Source: Candidatus Parcubacteria bacterium
GTDB lineage: Bacteria; Patescibacteriota; Patescibacteriia; Patescibacteriales; UBA12075
NCBI GenBank assembly: GCA_002869165.1
Contig: PKTK01000001.1
Location: forward strand, 29,006-93,005
Length of the DNA: 64,000 bases
Reading direction: 5' to 3'
Below are positions 54,871-63,520 of this stretch, piece by piece. A model generated the notes under the pieces. The model was not told the DNA's origin, made no database searches, and saw only the letters and a program-made list of their open reading frames with translations. Position numbers and translations under genes: made by a program. How positions within the stretch are numbered: the stretch's first letter is position 1; each line of letters starts with the position of its first letter.

Positions 54871-55134
54871 TTAGTTCCGGGCTTTATTTTCAAGCTTTTC
54901 CAAAGATTTTTCAGCTTCCTTGCGAAGATAATCTGCTTCCTTGTTCTTGTAGCTTGATTTTATCTCTGGTTTTTTGTTAACAGCTGGTGGTGGGACCGGA
55001 GGGGCTTTTTTAATATCCCACACTTCTTCGATTTTCGTGGTTCTGCGATAGGTGTCCGAATGCTTTTGTCCGCACGCACCTAGCAAAATCACGATTGACA
55101 GTGACAATACCAGATATAGACTAAACTTTCGCAT
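54871..55134 (-). CDS. Small lipoprotein
   Basis: Lipobox LLGAC. Confidence 0.65.
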   Translation of the reverse strand: MRKFSLYLVLSLSIVILLGACGQKHSDTYRRTTKIEEVWDIKKAPPVPPPAVNKKPEIKSSYKNKEADYLRKEAEKSLEKLENKARN

Positions 55135-55137
55135 ATA

Positions 55138-55884
55138 TCACTCCTTTGGTTTGTCGGTTGATTTAACGGCTTTTGCTTTGGCTGATTGTTCGGGTGTTAC
55201 TTCAACGATTTTTACAAGTTCCTTGGTTTCCGGATCCTGGAAATACTTTGCTCCAGACTCTTTTTTGTATTGACCTAGTTCGATTGATCCTGGGTACTTC
55301 CGATTGTCGTCCGCTTTCTTTTGCAGAGCTTTCGTGGATTCTTCTCCAATCTTGCGCTGAAGCGCTGCTGAATGGTTGCCCAGGCTTGATGATATGGCAT
55401 CGGCAACCATTTTCTGTCCATCAACGTTTTTTACTCCAACCAGAACATAGACAGTGCCATTCCTGCTTGTGGCGTGACCGAGCGTTGGGCAGTCTGAAAA
55501 ATTTACTTCAGAATACTGAATTGAAGTATCGGTAAAGTACATGTCGGCAATTTTCTGATCCACACCGTAGGTTGCGAGGAAATATTTTACTTCACGCAAT
55601 ATTTCAACTCTCATTCTTGTGGCCAAATTATTGCGAGCTTTCATGGCAGCCATATCTATGTCATGAAAGCTACCGAGCGCTGATTGATTGGTTTGTCCGA
55701 TTGCCGTAAAAGGATATCCATCGACTTTAATTGCGTCGGGATTACTGTACAAGCATACCCAGGCCGGAGCTGCTTGCGGTTGAGATTGGTTCTGGGTATC
55801 CGGAAAAACACAGCTTGCAAAGTTGGTTCTTGCAAACCCCGCTACAAAAATTACTGCCAAAATCATAGTTATTGCACGTTTCAT
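55138..55884 (-). CDS. LPP20-family-like lipoprotein
   Basis: Start at MKRAITMIL with RBS ggaggtg. Signal peptide ending in ASC. An AAMKARNNLATRMRVEI-type LPP20 core. Confidence 0.6.
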   Translation of the reverse strand: MKRAITMILAVIFVAGFARTNFASCVFPDTQNQSQPQAAPAWVCLYSNPDAIKVDGYPFTAIGQTNQSALGSFHDIDMAAMKARNNLATRMRVEILREVKYFLATYGVDQKIADMYFTDTSIQYSEVNFSDCPTLGHATSRNGTVYVLVGVKNVDGQKMVADAISSSLGNHSAALQRKIGEESTKALQKKADDNRKYPGSIELGQYKKESGAKYFQDPETKELVKIVEVTPEQSAKAKAVKSTDKPKE

Positions 55885-55904
55885 GATACACCTCCATTTT
55901 TTTA

Positions 55905-57521
55905 TCAATCTAAGAAAAGCCTGACTTTTTCTCTTCTAAAAGTTTCGCAATTTCGAAAACCAACTTGTGGATAATACCCTTCTTCAACAACACAACAGAG
56001 TAAATAGTCTTGAAAAATAAGCCAGTACTTCCCATATTTTTGATGTATAAGACCCCCAAAAAAAGAAGCTTCTTCTTTTTCATAACTACCAAAACGTTGT
56101 TGGGCTTCTTGGATTGTCATTCCGATCCTAAGATACTTATTAAAGGCTTTTTCTCTCTCAAGTGCGTGCTGGGCTTCATTAAGCTTCTCACTGATATCAT
56201 ACATATTACCATCAATGTATTTCCTATTTTTATTTACCTCCTCTATGAAGTCTTCGGCTTTGTTGATTAGCGACTCAACTTTATCATGATTGTTCATATT
56301 TGCCATGGCTGATTCAAGATAATCCCATGCCTTATTATACAAGTAGTTATTACGTTCTTTTATTTTTTTTATCTCCGATAAGATCTCCTTTTTGGTATTA
56401 TCATATTTTGAATAATAATAGTAATATGACTCTTGAACTAGCCTTGGTTCAGGCTTGAAAACTTCAAAATCAACTTTTTTAAGCGTTTCAAATGCCTTGG
56501 CAATACTTGATAATCTCTCTTCCTCACTTTTGTAAGTGATTTGGGCTTCAGCGGCGTATTTTTCCGCCTCATCAAGAATGAGTTTTTCGGGTTGTTGCTT
56601 TGCGGTATTGATGATCAAACTTCTTACTCTGTCATACTTGGAAAAGTAATAGGAATAAGACTCTTGAACTAGCCTTGGTTCAGGCTTGAAAACTTCAAAA
56701 TCAACTTTTTTAAGCGTTTCAAATGCCTTGGCAATACTTGATAATCTCTCTTCCTCACTTTTGTAAGTGATTTGGGCTTCAGCGGCGTATTTTTCCGCCT
56801 CATCAAGAATGAGTTTTTCCGCACTTTGAAATTTGGTGTTGACTATCAAGTCTCTTATATTTGCATATTTAGAAAAATAATAGTCATAACCACTTTCGGT
56901 TAAACCCGATGAAGTTAGAACATAAAAGTTGATGCCCTTGATTATTTGCATCGCATTTAAGATTTTGTCTATTTTTTCTCCATAAGACAAATATCCGTGT
57001 TGAGAAGATATCGCACATTCCTCAGCGGTATCAAGGGCTCGCTTTTCTTTAATTTGCTCAGAAATAAACGCTTCGATATTACTCTTTTCGACAGTAACTC
57101 GAACCCAAACAGTGCATGAATCTTGATCAACCCACTGCCCTTGCAAAATTATACCCTTTAAAAGTACCTTGGTATAATGCTTGCTTAGTTTTTTCATTTC
57201 GTCAGCGCTAAGTTTATTGTCGCTTACAGAGACATAGTGCGAAATAGATATTTCTACCATTGTCTCTATTGATTGAGCTACTTTTTCTACCGCTGCGTTA
57301 TAGGCACTGTCAACTTGGTCCTGAAAACCATTTTTACTTTTATGGGACATTCCGACACCCTCATATACACTTGTATCGTAAAGGCCATAATTTTTAACCC
57401 AATCTGGAGCAGGAACCTGTTCATAGAAATCGCAATCATATTGGATACTACCATCATCTTTGGCACAGGCTGAAACCAGTGTCATTAATATTATTGTAAA
57501 GATCAGTGTTTTTGAATTCAC
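55905..57521 (-). CDS. Lipoprotein: N-terminal LPP20-like domain, 77-aa tandem repeat, C-terminal SmpA/BamE-like region
   Basis: GTG start with RBS gggagg. Lipobox LVSAC. PAPDWV...YEGVGMS motif. An exact internal duplication. Confidence 0.65.
   Translation of the reverse strand: MNSKTLIFTIILMTLVSACAKDDGSIQYDCDFYEQVPAPDWVKNYGLYDTSVYEGVGMSHKSKNGFQDQVDSAYNAAVEKVAQSIETMVEISISHYVSVSDNKLSADEMKKLSKHYTKVLLKGIILQGQWVDQDSCTVWVRVTVEKSNIEAFISEQIKEKRALDTAEECAISSQHGYLSYGEKIDKILNAMQIIKGINFYVLTSSGLTESGYDYYFSKYANIRDLIVNTKFQSAEKLILDEAEKYAAEAQITYKSEEERLSSIAKAFETLKKVDFEVFKPEPRLVQESYSYYFSKYDRVRSLIINTAKQQPEKLILDEAEKYAAEAQITYKSEEERLSSIAKAFETLKKVDFEVFKPEPRLVQESYYYYYSKYDNTKKEILSEIKKIKERNNYLYNKAWDYLESAMANMNNHDKVESLINKAEDFIEEVNKNRKYIDGNMYDISEKLNEAQHALEREKAFNKYLRIGMTIQEAQQRFGSYEKEEASFFGGLIHQKYGKYWLIFQDYLLCCVVEEGYYPQVGFRNCETFRREKVRLFLD
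56428..56819. repeat. Tandem duplication inside the lipoprotein gene: two identical 161-bp blocks, period 231 bp
   Basis: 56428-56588 is identical to 56659-56819. Confidence 0.9.
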
Positions 57522-57652
57522 TTTATACCTCCCGATTATACCTTTAATATTAAAAAATTATTAAAATCAAAAACATTATTAATATTAAAACTTACTATAA
57601 AAAACAATTATTGTCAACAACTAATTATCAAAAATAATAAAACAAAGAATCT

Positions 57653-58291
57653 TTGCCATATTTGGTTGTAGTAGTAGATGAACTTGGGGATTTGATGTCA
57701 GCAGCAAAGAAAGAAGCTGAAAGTGCCATTATCAGACTGGGTCAAAAATCAAGAGCGGCAGGTATTCATTTGGTTTTGGCAACTCAAAGGCCAAGTGTAG
57801 ATATATTATCTGGACTTATCAAAGCTAATATGCCAGCCAGGGCTGCTTTTTCTGTAACAAGTTCGGTTAATTCTAAAACAATCCTAGATTTCACTGGAGC
57901 TGAAAAATTGATGGGTCAAGGCGATATGTTATATATTAATTCAGCTATGAGCAAGCCAATACGTATACAAGGAGCTTTTGTTTCAAAAGAAGAAATAAAA
58001 GAAGTTGTAAAATACACTAAAAAGAAAGCAGGTAAGGCAAGCTATGAAGAGAGTTTTGAAAATAATACTCAAAGCGATTATAGCTTGGGATATGAAGATG
58101 AGGGGGATGTTATGATGGAAGAAGCCAAAAAACTCATACTTGAAACAACTAAAGCATCAACCTCAATGCTCCAATCCCGTCTTGGCATAGGTTACCCAAG
58201 AGCAAACAGAATATTAGACAAGCTAGAAAAGCAGGGAATAGTAGGTCCTAGTATCCAGAATAAACCGAGGGAGGTTTTTGTTAATAAATAA
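57653..58291 (+). pseudogene. ftsK: FtsK/SpoIIIE C-terminal fragment (from Walker B to the gamma domain); the 5' two-thirds are missing
   Basis: Begins at LPYLVVVVDELGDLM and contains ATQRPSVDILSGLIKANMPARAAFSVTS and the winged-helix SMLQSRLGIGYPRANRILDKLE. Two stop codons lie directly upstream in frame. Confidence 0.8.
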
Positions 58292-58690
58292 GCTAATGTT
58301 TAGTGATTGGAAGTAATAGGATTATGTGTTGTGGCAATCAGATTGCTTCGCTCTGCTTCCTTTCAAGGCAGGTACAGCGCAATGACAAAAAAAGGATTAT
58401 GATTGACGATTGGGGAGGCTAATGAAATTTTTAAAATGCAGTATATCTGCATTTTTTAATTTATTATTAATAATTTTTTTGTATATTTAAAATACAATAA
58501 TATCTTGGCAAGGTTGTGTGTAATAGAATAATTACTAAATATTAATATTGTCTTTGTACCATTATTCACTAAAGACAAGCGTAAAAGTATGAGAAACACA
58601 ACTAAAGCAATAGCACTATTTTTAATTTTAGTGTTTTTTTTGTTTGAGTAAATACTATGTTTTTTAAGGAAATTTTAGTATAATATTAAT

Positions 58691-59611
58691 ATGCCTAAAA
58701 TAATCAAAGAAAAAATAAAGATTGGTATATCAGCATGCAATTTCGGTGCTTTGACAAGATACAATCGAAAAGGTTGGGATAAACTGGAGTCATTAGGGAG
58801 AGAAAAAGACGCATTTATTTGGACACCTGTTTGTCCTGAAGTGATGTCAGGTCTTGGCGTCCCAAGACTTCCTATGAAATTAGTTGATGGAAATGGTGAT
58901 GATTTTTGGCAAACTAAAGCCAGAATGAAAAATAGAAAAGGAGAGAATGTAAGCACCCAAGTTAGAAAAGGAGCGCAAATGGCTATGGATAATTTGAAAA
59001 ACGCACAAATTGAAGCATTTGTTTTCATGGAGGGAAGCCCAAGTTGTGGGGTATATCGAACAACTCTAAAAAATAAAAGACTGGGAAAACCACCAGGAGT
59101 TTTTGGTTCACTTCTTCTTGAAGAAGATATTTTTTTGATACCTGCACTGGACTTGGATAGTCCTGTAAAGTGGTGGGATTGGAGAAGGAGGCTGCATATG
59201 TTTGTTTGGTTGAAAAGAGAAGAGCTGAATTCAAAAAAGCAAATCATAGATATGTGGCATGACTTTAAGTTTGTTTGCCAGGAAATAGATAGGGCAAAAG
59301 CTGATGAGATTGGTAGAACTATAGCTACAATGCCCAAAAAATATTCAATCAAATTTGCAAATGATATCAAGTCAAGTATCTTGAAGCTTCTGCGTAGACC
59401 ATCTAGTATAAAAAGGATAAAAGCAAATGCAGAAAAGCAGATGGCGCATTACAATAAGCATATGGGGCTAAAGTTTGAAACAAAAATGCCATCCACTGAA
59501 TCAGCCAAAAGAAAATTTTTTGAAAAATTAATAAGTTTAGAAAAAGAAGCTATAAATAATAAAATTAATATTGGAATTGTTCCCGTTTTGTATCGGGAAG
59601 ATTCCAGATGA
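58691..59611 (+). CDS. DUF523 (TudS-like Fe-S) plus DUF1722 (YbgA-like) fusion protein
   Basis: ISACNFG, PVCPEV and GSPSCG cysteine motifs, with a helical C-terminal half. Confidence 0.6.
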   Translation: MPKIIKEKIKIGISACNFGALTRYNRKGWDKLESLGREKDAFIWTPVCPEVMSGLGVPRLPMKLVDGNGDDFWQTKARMKNRKGENVSTQVRKGAQMAMDNLKNAQIEAFVFMEGSPSCGVYRTTLKNKRLGKPPGVFGSLLLEEDIFLIPALDLDSPVKWWDWRRRLHMFVWLKREELNSKKQIIDMWHDFKFVCQEIDRAKADEIGRTIATMPKKYSIKFANDIKSSILKLLRRPSSIKRIKANAEKQMAHYNKHMGLKFETKMPSTESAKRKFFEKLISLEKEAINNKINIGIVPVLYREDSR

Positions 59612-59618
59612 AAAACAT

Positions 59619-60020
59619 ATGATTCCACAAATTATTAAATTATATCTTATTTCTGTCCCGGTTTTCTTTGCCATTGATTTGCTTTGGCTTGGGGTAGTGG
59701 CTAGAAGTTTTTATGTAAAGTACTTAGGAGAAATGCTCAAGAGTCCGCCAAACTGGACTGCCGCTGTTATCTTCTATCTACTTTTCTTGCTTGGTTTGGT
59801 TGTTTTCGTTATTGAACCAGCAGTTGCAAAAGATTCTTTGAAATACGCCTTGTTTATGGGCGCATTTTTTGGATTTATCACTTATATGACTTATGATTTG
59901 ACCAATTTAGCTACCCTAAAGAACTGGCCAATTGAGATAGTGATAGTTGATATTATATGGGGAGCAGTATTGTCTATGTCGGTCTCAGCAGTTACTTTTT
60001 ATTTATTTAAAATATTTTAA
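59619..60020 (+). CDS. DUF2177-like membrane protein
   Basis: Four TM helices. Start taken at MIPQIIKLY. Confidence 0.5.
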   Translation: MIPQIIKLYLISVPVFFAIDLLWLGVVARSFYVKYLGEMLKSPPNWTAAVIFYLLFLLGLVVFVIEPAVAKDSLKYALFMGAFFGFITYMTYDLTNLATLKNWPIEIVIVDIIWGAVLSMSVSAVTFYLFKIF

Positions 60021-60024
60021 AATT

Positions 60025-60495
60025 ATGAAATATCTTCAAGCAATTTTGTTTATAATTGCAAGCCAAATGGCTGGTATTATTGGTACAGTTTTTACAAGCA
60101 AGGCAATACCAACTTGGTATGCAGGAGTTAATAAGCCATCATTCAATCCACCAAATTGGATATTTGGTCCAGTTTGGGTCACTCTTTATACCATGATGGG
60201 GATAGCTGCCTATCTAGTTTGGAAAGATTGGGCAAACAACGCCGTTGCAAAATACGCTACCATTTTATTTTTTGTGCATTTAGCCTTCAATGCTTTGTGG
60301 TCCATACTTTTCTTTGGACTCAAAAATCCGATGCTAGCCTTTTTTGAGATAATTGTGCTATGGTTGATGATTGTCGCACTTATTGTTATGTATTATCAGA
60401 TTAATAAAACAGCTAGCTATTTACTTGTTCCTTACTTGTTGTGGGTAAGTTTTGCAAGCGTACTTAATTTCTATATTTGGAGACTTAATATGTAG
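60025..60495 (+). CDS. tspO: TspO/MBR tryptophan-rich sensory protein
   Basis: WYAGVNKPSFNPPNWIFGPVWVTLYTMMGIAAYLVW and five TM helices. Confidence 0.85.
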   Translation: MKYLQAILFIIASQMAGIIGTVFTSKAIPTWYAGVNKPSFNPPNWIFGPVWVTLYTMMGIAAYLVWKDWANNAVAKYATILFFVHLAFNALWSILFFGLKNPMLAFFEIIVLWLMIVALIVMYYQINKTASYLLVPYLLWVSFASVLNFYIWRLNM

Positions 60496-60541
60496 ATTTT
60501 TTGTGCTTTAGTGTAGCTTATTTTGCCTCTGGCAACTCACC

Positions 60542-60619
60542 TTGTCATTCCTGCGGAGGCAGGAACCCAGACATACCAGACTTATATTTTCTAGATTCCT
60601 GCCTCCGCAGGAATGACAA
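60542..60619. repeat. Perfect 24-bp-arm palindrome of the tgtcattcctgc family
   Basis: ttgtcattcctgcggaggcaggaa, a 30-nt spacer, then ttcctgcctccgcaggaatgacaa. Confidence 0.85.
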
Positions 60620-60625
60620 AGATAA

Positions 60626-61393
60626 ATGAATTATATAGATGTTACAATTTGTCAGTTGTTCGCACTACTACTCTTTGTGCATTTGTTTTTTTTGATCGGC
60701 ACTAGAAAAAAAAGAAATGACATTGCTGATGTTGCTTGGGGACTTGGCTTTGTGTTGCTTGCTGTAGTAGGCACAATACATAATCCAAATACAAAAACTA
60801 TTATAGTATTAGTTTTGCTTATGTTTTGGGGATTCAGACTGGCTAGGCATATATTTAATAGATTCAGAAGCCACAAAGAAGAGGATATGAGATATCAAGA
60901 ATTCAGAAAAGCTTGGGGCTCTAGACAGGTTTTGGGAGCTTATTTCAAAGTATATTTACTCCAAGGTTTTAGTTTGATCTTAGTTGCTATGCCGATTTTA
61001 GTGCTTGCGAGATTTTCAGACAATAGCTTCAGTTTTATAAACATGATTGGGGTGGCGCTGTGGTTGTTTGGTTTTGTTTTTGAAGTAGTGGCAGACAAAC
61101 AGTTAAAGGATTTTGTAAAAGACAAGAAGCCCGGTCAGATTATGAAAAACGGTTTGTGGAGTTATTAACGACATCCAAACTATTTTGGTGAGGCTGTTAT
61201 TTGGTGGGGGATATTTTTAATCAGCTGGGGAACGCCCTACTTCTACATTGGCCTCATCGGACCCATCACCATAACCTTGCTGCTTCGTTTTGTCTCTGGT
61301 GTACCGATGGCTGAAGCTAGGTACAATGACAATCCGGAGTTTATTGAATACAAGAAAAACACCCCAGCTTTTATTCCTAATTTTTTTAAATGA
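60626..61393 (+). CDS. DUF1295/steroid-reductase-like membrane protein, interrupted by an in-frame TAA at 61166-61168
   Basis: [22 protein letters not shown]. The family motif is normally W.[10 protein letters not shown]. The frame stays open to the TGA at 61391-61393. Confidence 0.75.
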
Positions 61394-62673
61394 TAATTAT
61401 GAACAACATAAATAAGTCCCTTGATTCAACTGGGTCTGTTTCTTCAGTAAAGAAATTGGCCATAGTAGGCTCAGGAATTTCAGCGATGACTGTTGCGTAT
61501 TATTTGAGAGAAAAGTATGAGATTAGCATTTTTGATAAGAATGATTATCTTGGAGGACATACTCATACTCATAAAATATCTGAAGCAGGAAAAGATTTTA
61601 CAATAGATACAGGCTTCATTGTTTTTAATGAAGCAACATATCCAAATTTATTAAAGCTTTTTACTGAACTAGGCGTTGAGGCCAGGAAAAGTGATATGTC
61701 TTTTGCGGTTTCAAATCTAAACACGGGTCTTGAATATGCCGGCACCAGTTTAAAAACACTTTTTGCACAAAAGAAGAATATTGTATCTATAAAGTATTGG
61801 AAGTTTTTATTCGATATTAAAAAGTTTTTTAAAAACGCTCTTCGAGATTATGATAGTTTGAGCGATAGCAATGAAAGCATAGAGGACTATTGCAAGAGAA
61901 TAGGACTATCTAGATTTTTTTTGGATAATTATTTAGCGCCTATGTCAGCTGCGGTTTGGTCAGTGCCACAAAGAGAAGTCGGGGGATTTCCTATTGCTTT
62001 GCTTATTCCTTTTTTTTATAATCATGGCCTTCTAAGCATGGATGGTCAGCATCAATGGTATACTGTTAAGGGTGGGTCTAATACATATATAAAAAAAATA
62101 TTAGAAAAAGGAAATTTTGATATTCATTTAAATGAGAAAGTAAAGCAGGCAAGTGATGATGAGGGAAGGGTTGTGTTAAAGACAGAAAAATCAGAATATA
62201 TATTTGATAAGGTAGTGCTTGCAAGTCATTCTGATGAAAGCTTGCTGATAGCTGATAATTTAGAAGATAGGAAAAAAGAGCTTCTTTCTAAGTTTGAATA
62301 CAACAAGAATATTGCAGTACTGCATAGTGATGAACGTCTCATGCCAAAATGCAGAAATGTCTGGTCTGCCTGGAATCAAGTAATAAAAGAAAAAGCTTCT
62401 ACTCTATATTGGGTAAATAAGCTTCAAGATATTCCAGTGAAAAAAAATTATTTTATTTCAATAAATCCATTTCGTGAAATTGATGAAAATAAAATACTAA
62501 AAAAGATAGAGTATTATCATCCTCATTTTACTGTGGAAAATTTCGCCTTACAAGAAAAACTATCTGAACTAAACAAAAATACAAACATCTTTTTCGCTGG
62601 AGCATATTTCAAATATGGTTTTCATGAAGACGGGCATGTATCTGGTTTAGAAGTTGTAAAACTGCTTTCATAA
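61390..62673 (+). CDS. NAD/FAD-binding amine-oxidase-like oxidoreductase
   Basis: KLAIVGSGISAMTVAYYL dinucleotide-binding motif. Conserved partner of DUF1365 and cfa. Confidence 0.75.
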   Translation: MIIMNNINKSLDSTGSVSSVKKLAIVGSGISAMTVAYYLREKYEISIFDKNDYLGGHTHTHKISEAGKDFTIDTGFIVFNEATYPNLLKLFTELGVEARKSDMSFAVSNLNTGLEYAGTSLKTLFAQKKNIVSIKYWKFLFDIKKFFKNALRDYDSLSDSNESIEDYCKRIGLSRFFLDNYLAPMSAAVWSVPQREVGGFPIALLIPFFYNHGLLSMDGQHQWYTVKGGSNTYIKKILEKGNFDIHLNEKVKQASDDEGRVVLKTEKSEYIFDKVVLASHSDESLLIADNLEDRKKELLSKFEYNKNIAVLHSDERLMPKCRNVWSAWNQVIKEKASTLYWVNKLQDIPVKKNYFISINPFREIDENKILKKIEYYHPHFTVENFALQEKLSELNKNTNIFFAGAYFKYGFHEDGHVSGLEVVKLLS

Positions 62674-62674
62674 T

Positions 62675-63520
62675 ATGAACTCAAAAATTTATACAGCAAA
62701 ATTAAAACACAAAAGAATCAAGCCAAAAGAAAATAGCTTTGAGTACAATGCCTATATGTTTTATCTTGATCTAGATGACCTAGATGATCTGGACAAGGAA
62801 TTGAAATTTTTTTCAAAAAACAAATTCAATCTTTTTAGCTTTTATGATAAAGATCATTTTAGATTTATTGAAATGGAAAAAAGTCAGAGAGATGTTATTA
62901 TGCAAGAAAAAATCATTTTAAATCGGGAGTCTTATAGGGATTTAAATACAAGAGAGCGTATAAGAAAAATGATTAGATCGCTTAACCTAGGTTTTGAGCC
63001 TGACAAGATTTTTCTTTTGACTAGTTTGCGTATTCTCGGATATGTTTTTAACCCAGTAAGTTTTTATTATGTATTTGATTCAAGTAAAAAACTTAGAGTA
63101 CTAGTTTCGGAAGTTCATAATACATTTTATGACCAAAAAATGTTTTATTCGGAAATTCAAGATAAAGGACAAAAAATTTTTGAAGCCAAACAAGACAAAA
63201 ATTTTTATATTTCGCCCTTTACGAGTTTAGATAATAAGCTCCATTGGCGTTTTAATAATCCGGGCAAAGAGATGATCATGATGATTGATTCAATGAAAAA
63301 TGGAGAGCTTGAGCTAGCAACAAGTCTGGTGGGTGAAGAAAAAAATCTAAATAATAAAAATCTATTTATACTTTTTCTTAGATATCCGCTCTACACTTTG
63401 ATGGTAATGATTAGAATACACTTACAAGCCCTGAAGTTGTGGCTCAAAAAGACTCCCTTTAATTCAAAGGTTGAATCAGATAAATATTTGATAGACAAAA
63501 TAAAAAATAAAAAAGTATGA
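62675..63520 (+). CDS. DUF1365 protein
   Basis: KIYTAKLKHKRIKPKENSFEYNAYMFYLDLDDL N-terminal pattern. Confidence 0.7.
   Translation: MNSKIYTAKLKHKRIKPKENSFEYNAYMFYLDLDDLDDLDKELKFFSKNKFNLFSFYDKDHFRFIEMEKSQRDVIMQEKIILNRESYRDLNTRERIRKMIRSLNLGFEPDKIFLLTSLRILGYVFNPVSFYYVFDSSKKLRVLVSEVHNTFYDQKMFYSEIQDKGQKIFEAKQDKNFYISPFTSLDNKLHWRFNNPGKEMIMMIDSMKNGELELATSLVGEEKNLNNKNLFILFLRYPLYTLMVMIRIHLQALKLWLKKTPFNSKVESDKYLIDKIKNKKV

Noticed and set aside
56428-56819. Possible CRISPR array or other spaced repeats.
   Set aside because: There are only two long (161-bp) coding repeats within one gene. No short repeat/spacer periodicity was seen anywhere in the window, and no cas genes.
58675-59370. 231-aa minus-strand ORF opposite the DUF523/DUF1722 gene. 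Similar long shadow ORFs lie at 42353..42871, 46934..47278, 10684..11040 and 55173..55535.
   Set aside because: The products are Ser/Leu/Phe-rich low-complexity sequence. The opposite strand carries recognisable conserved motifs or a coherent repeat protein.
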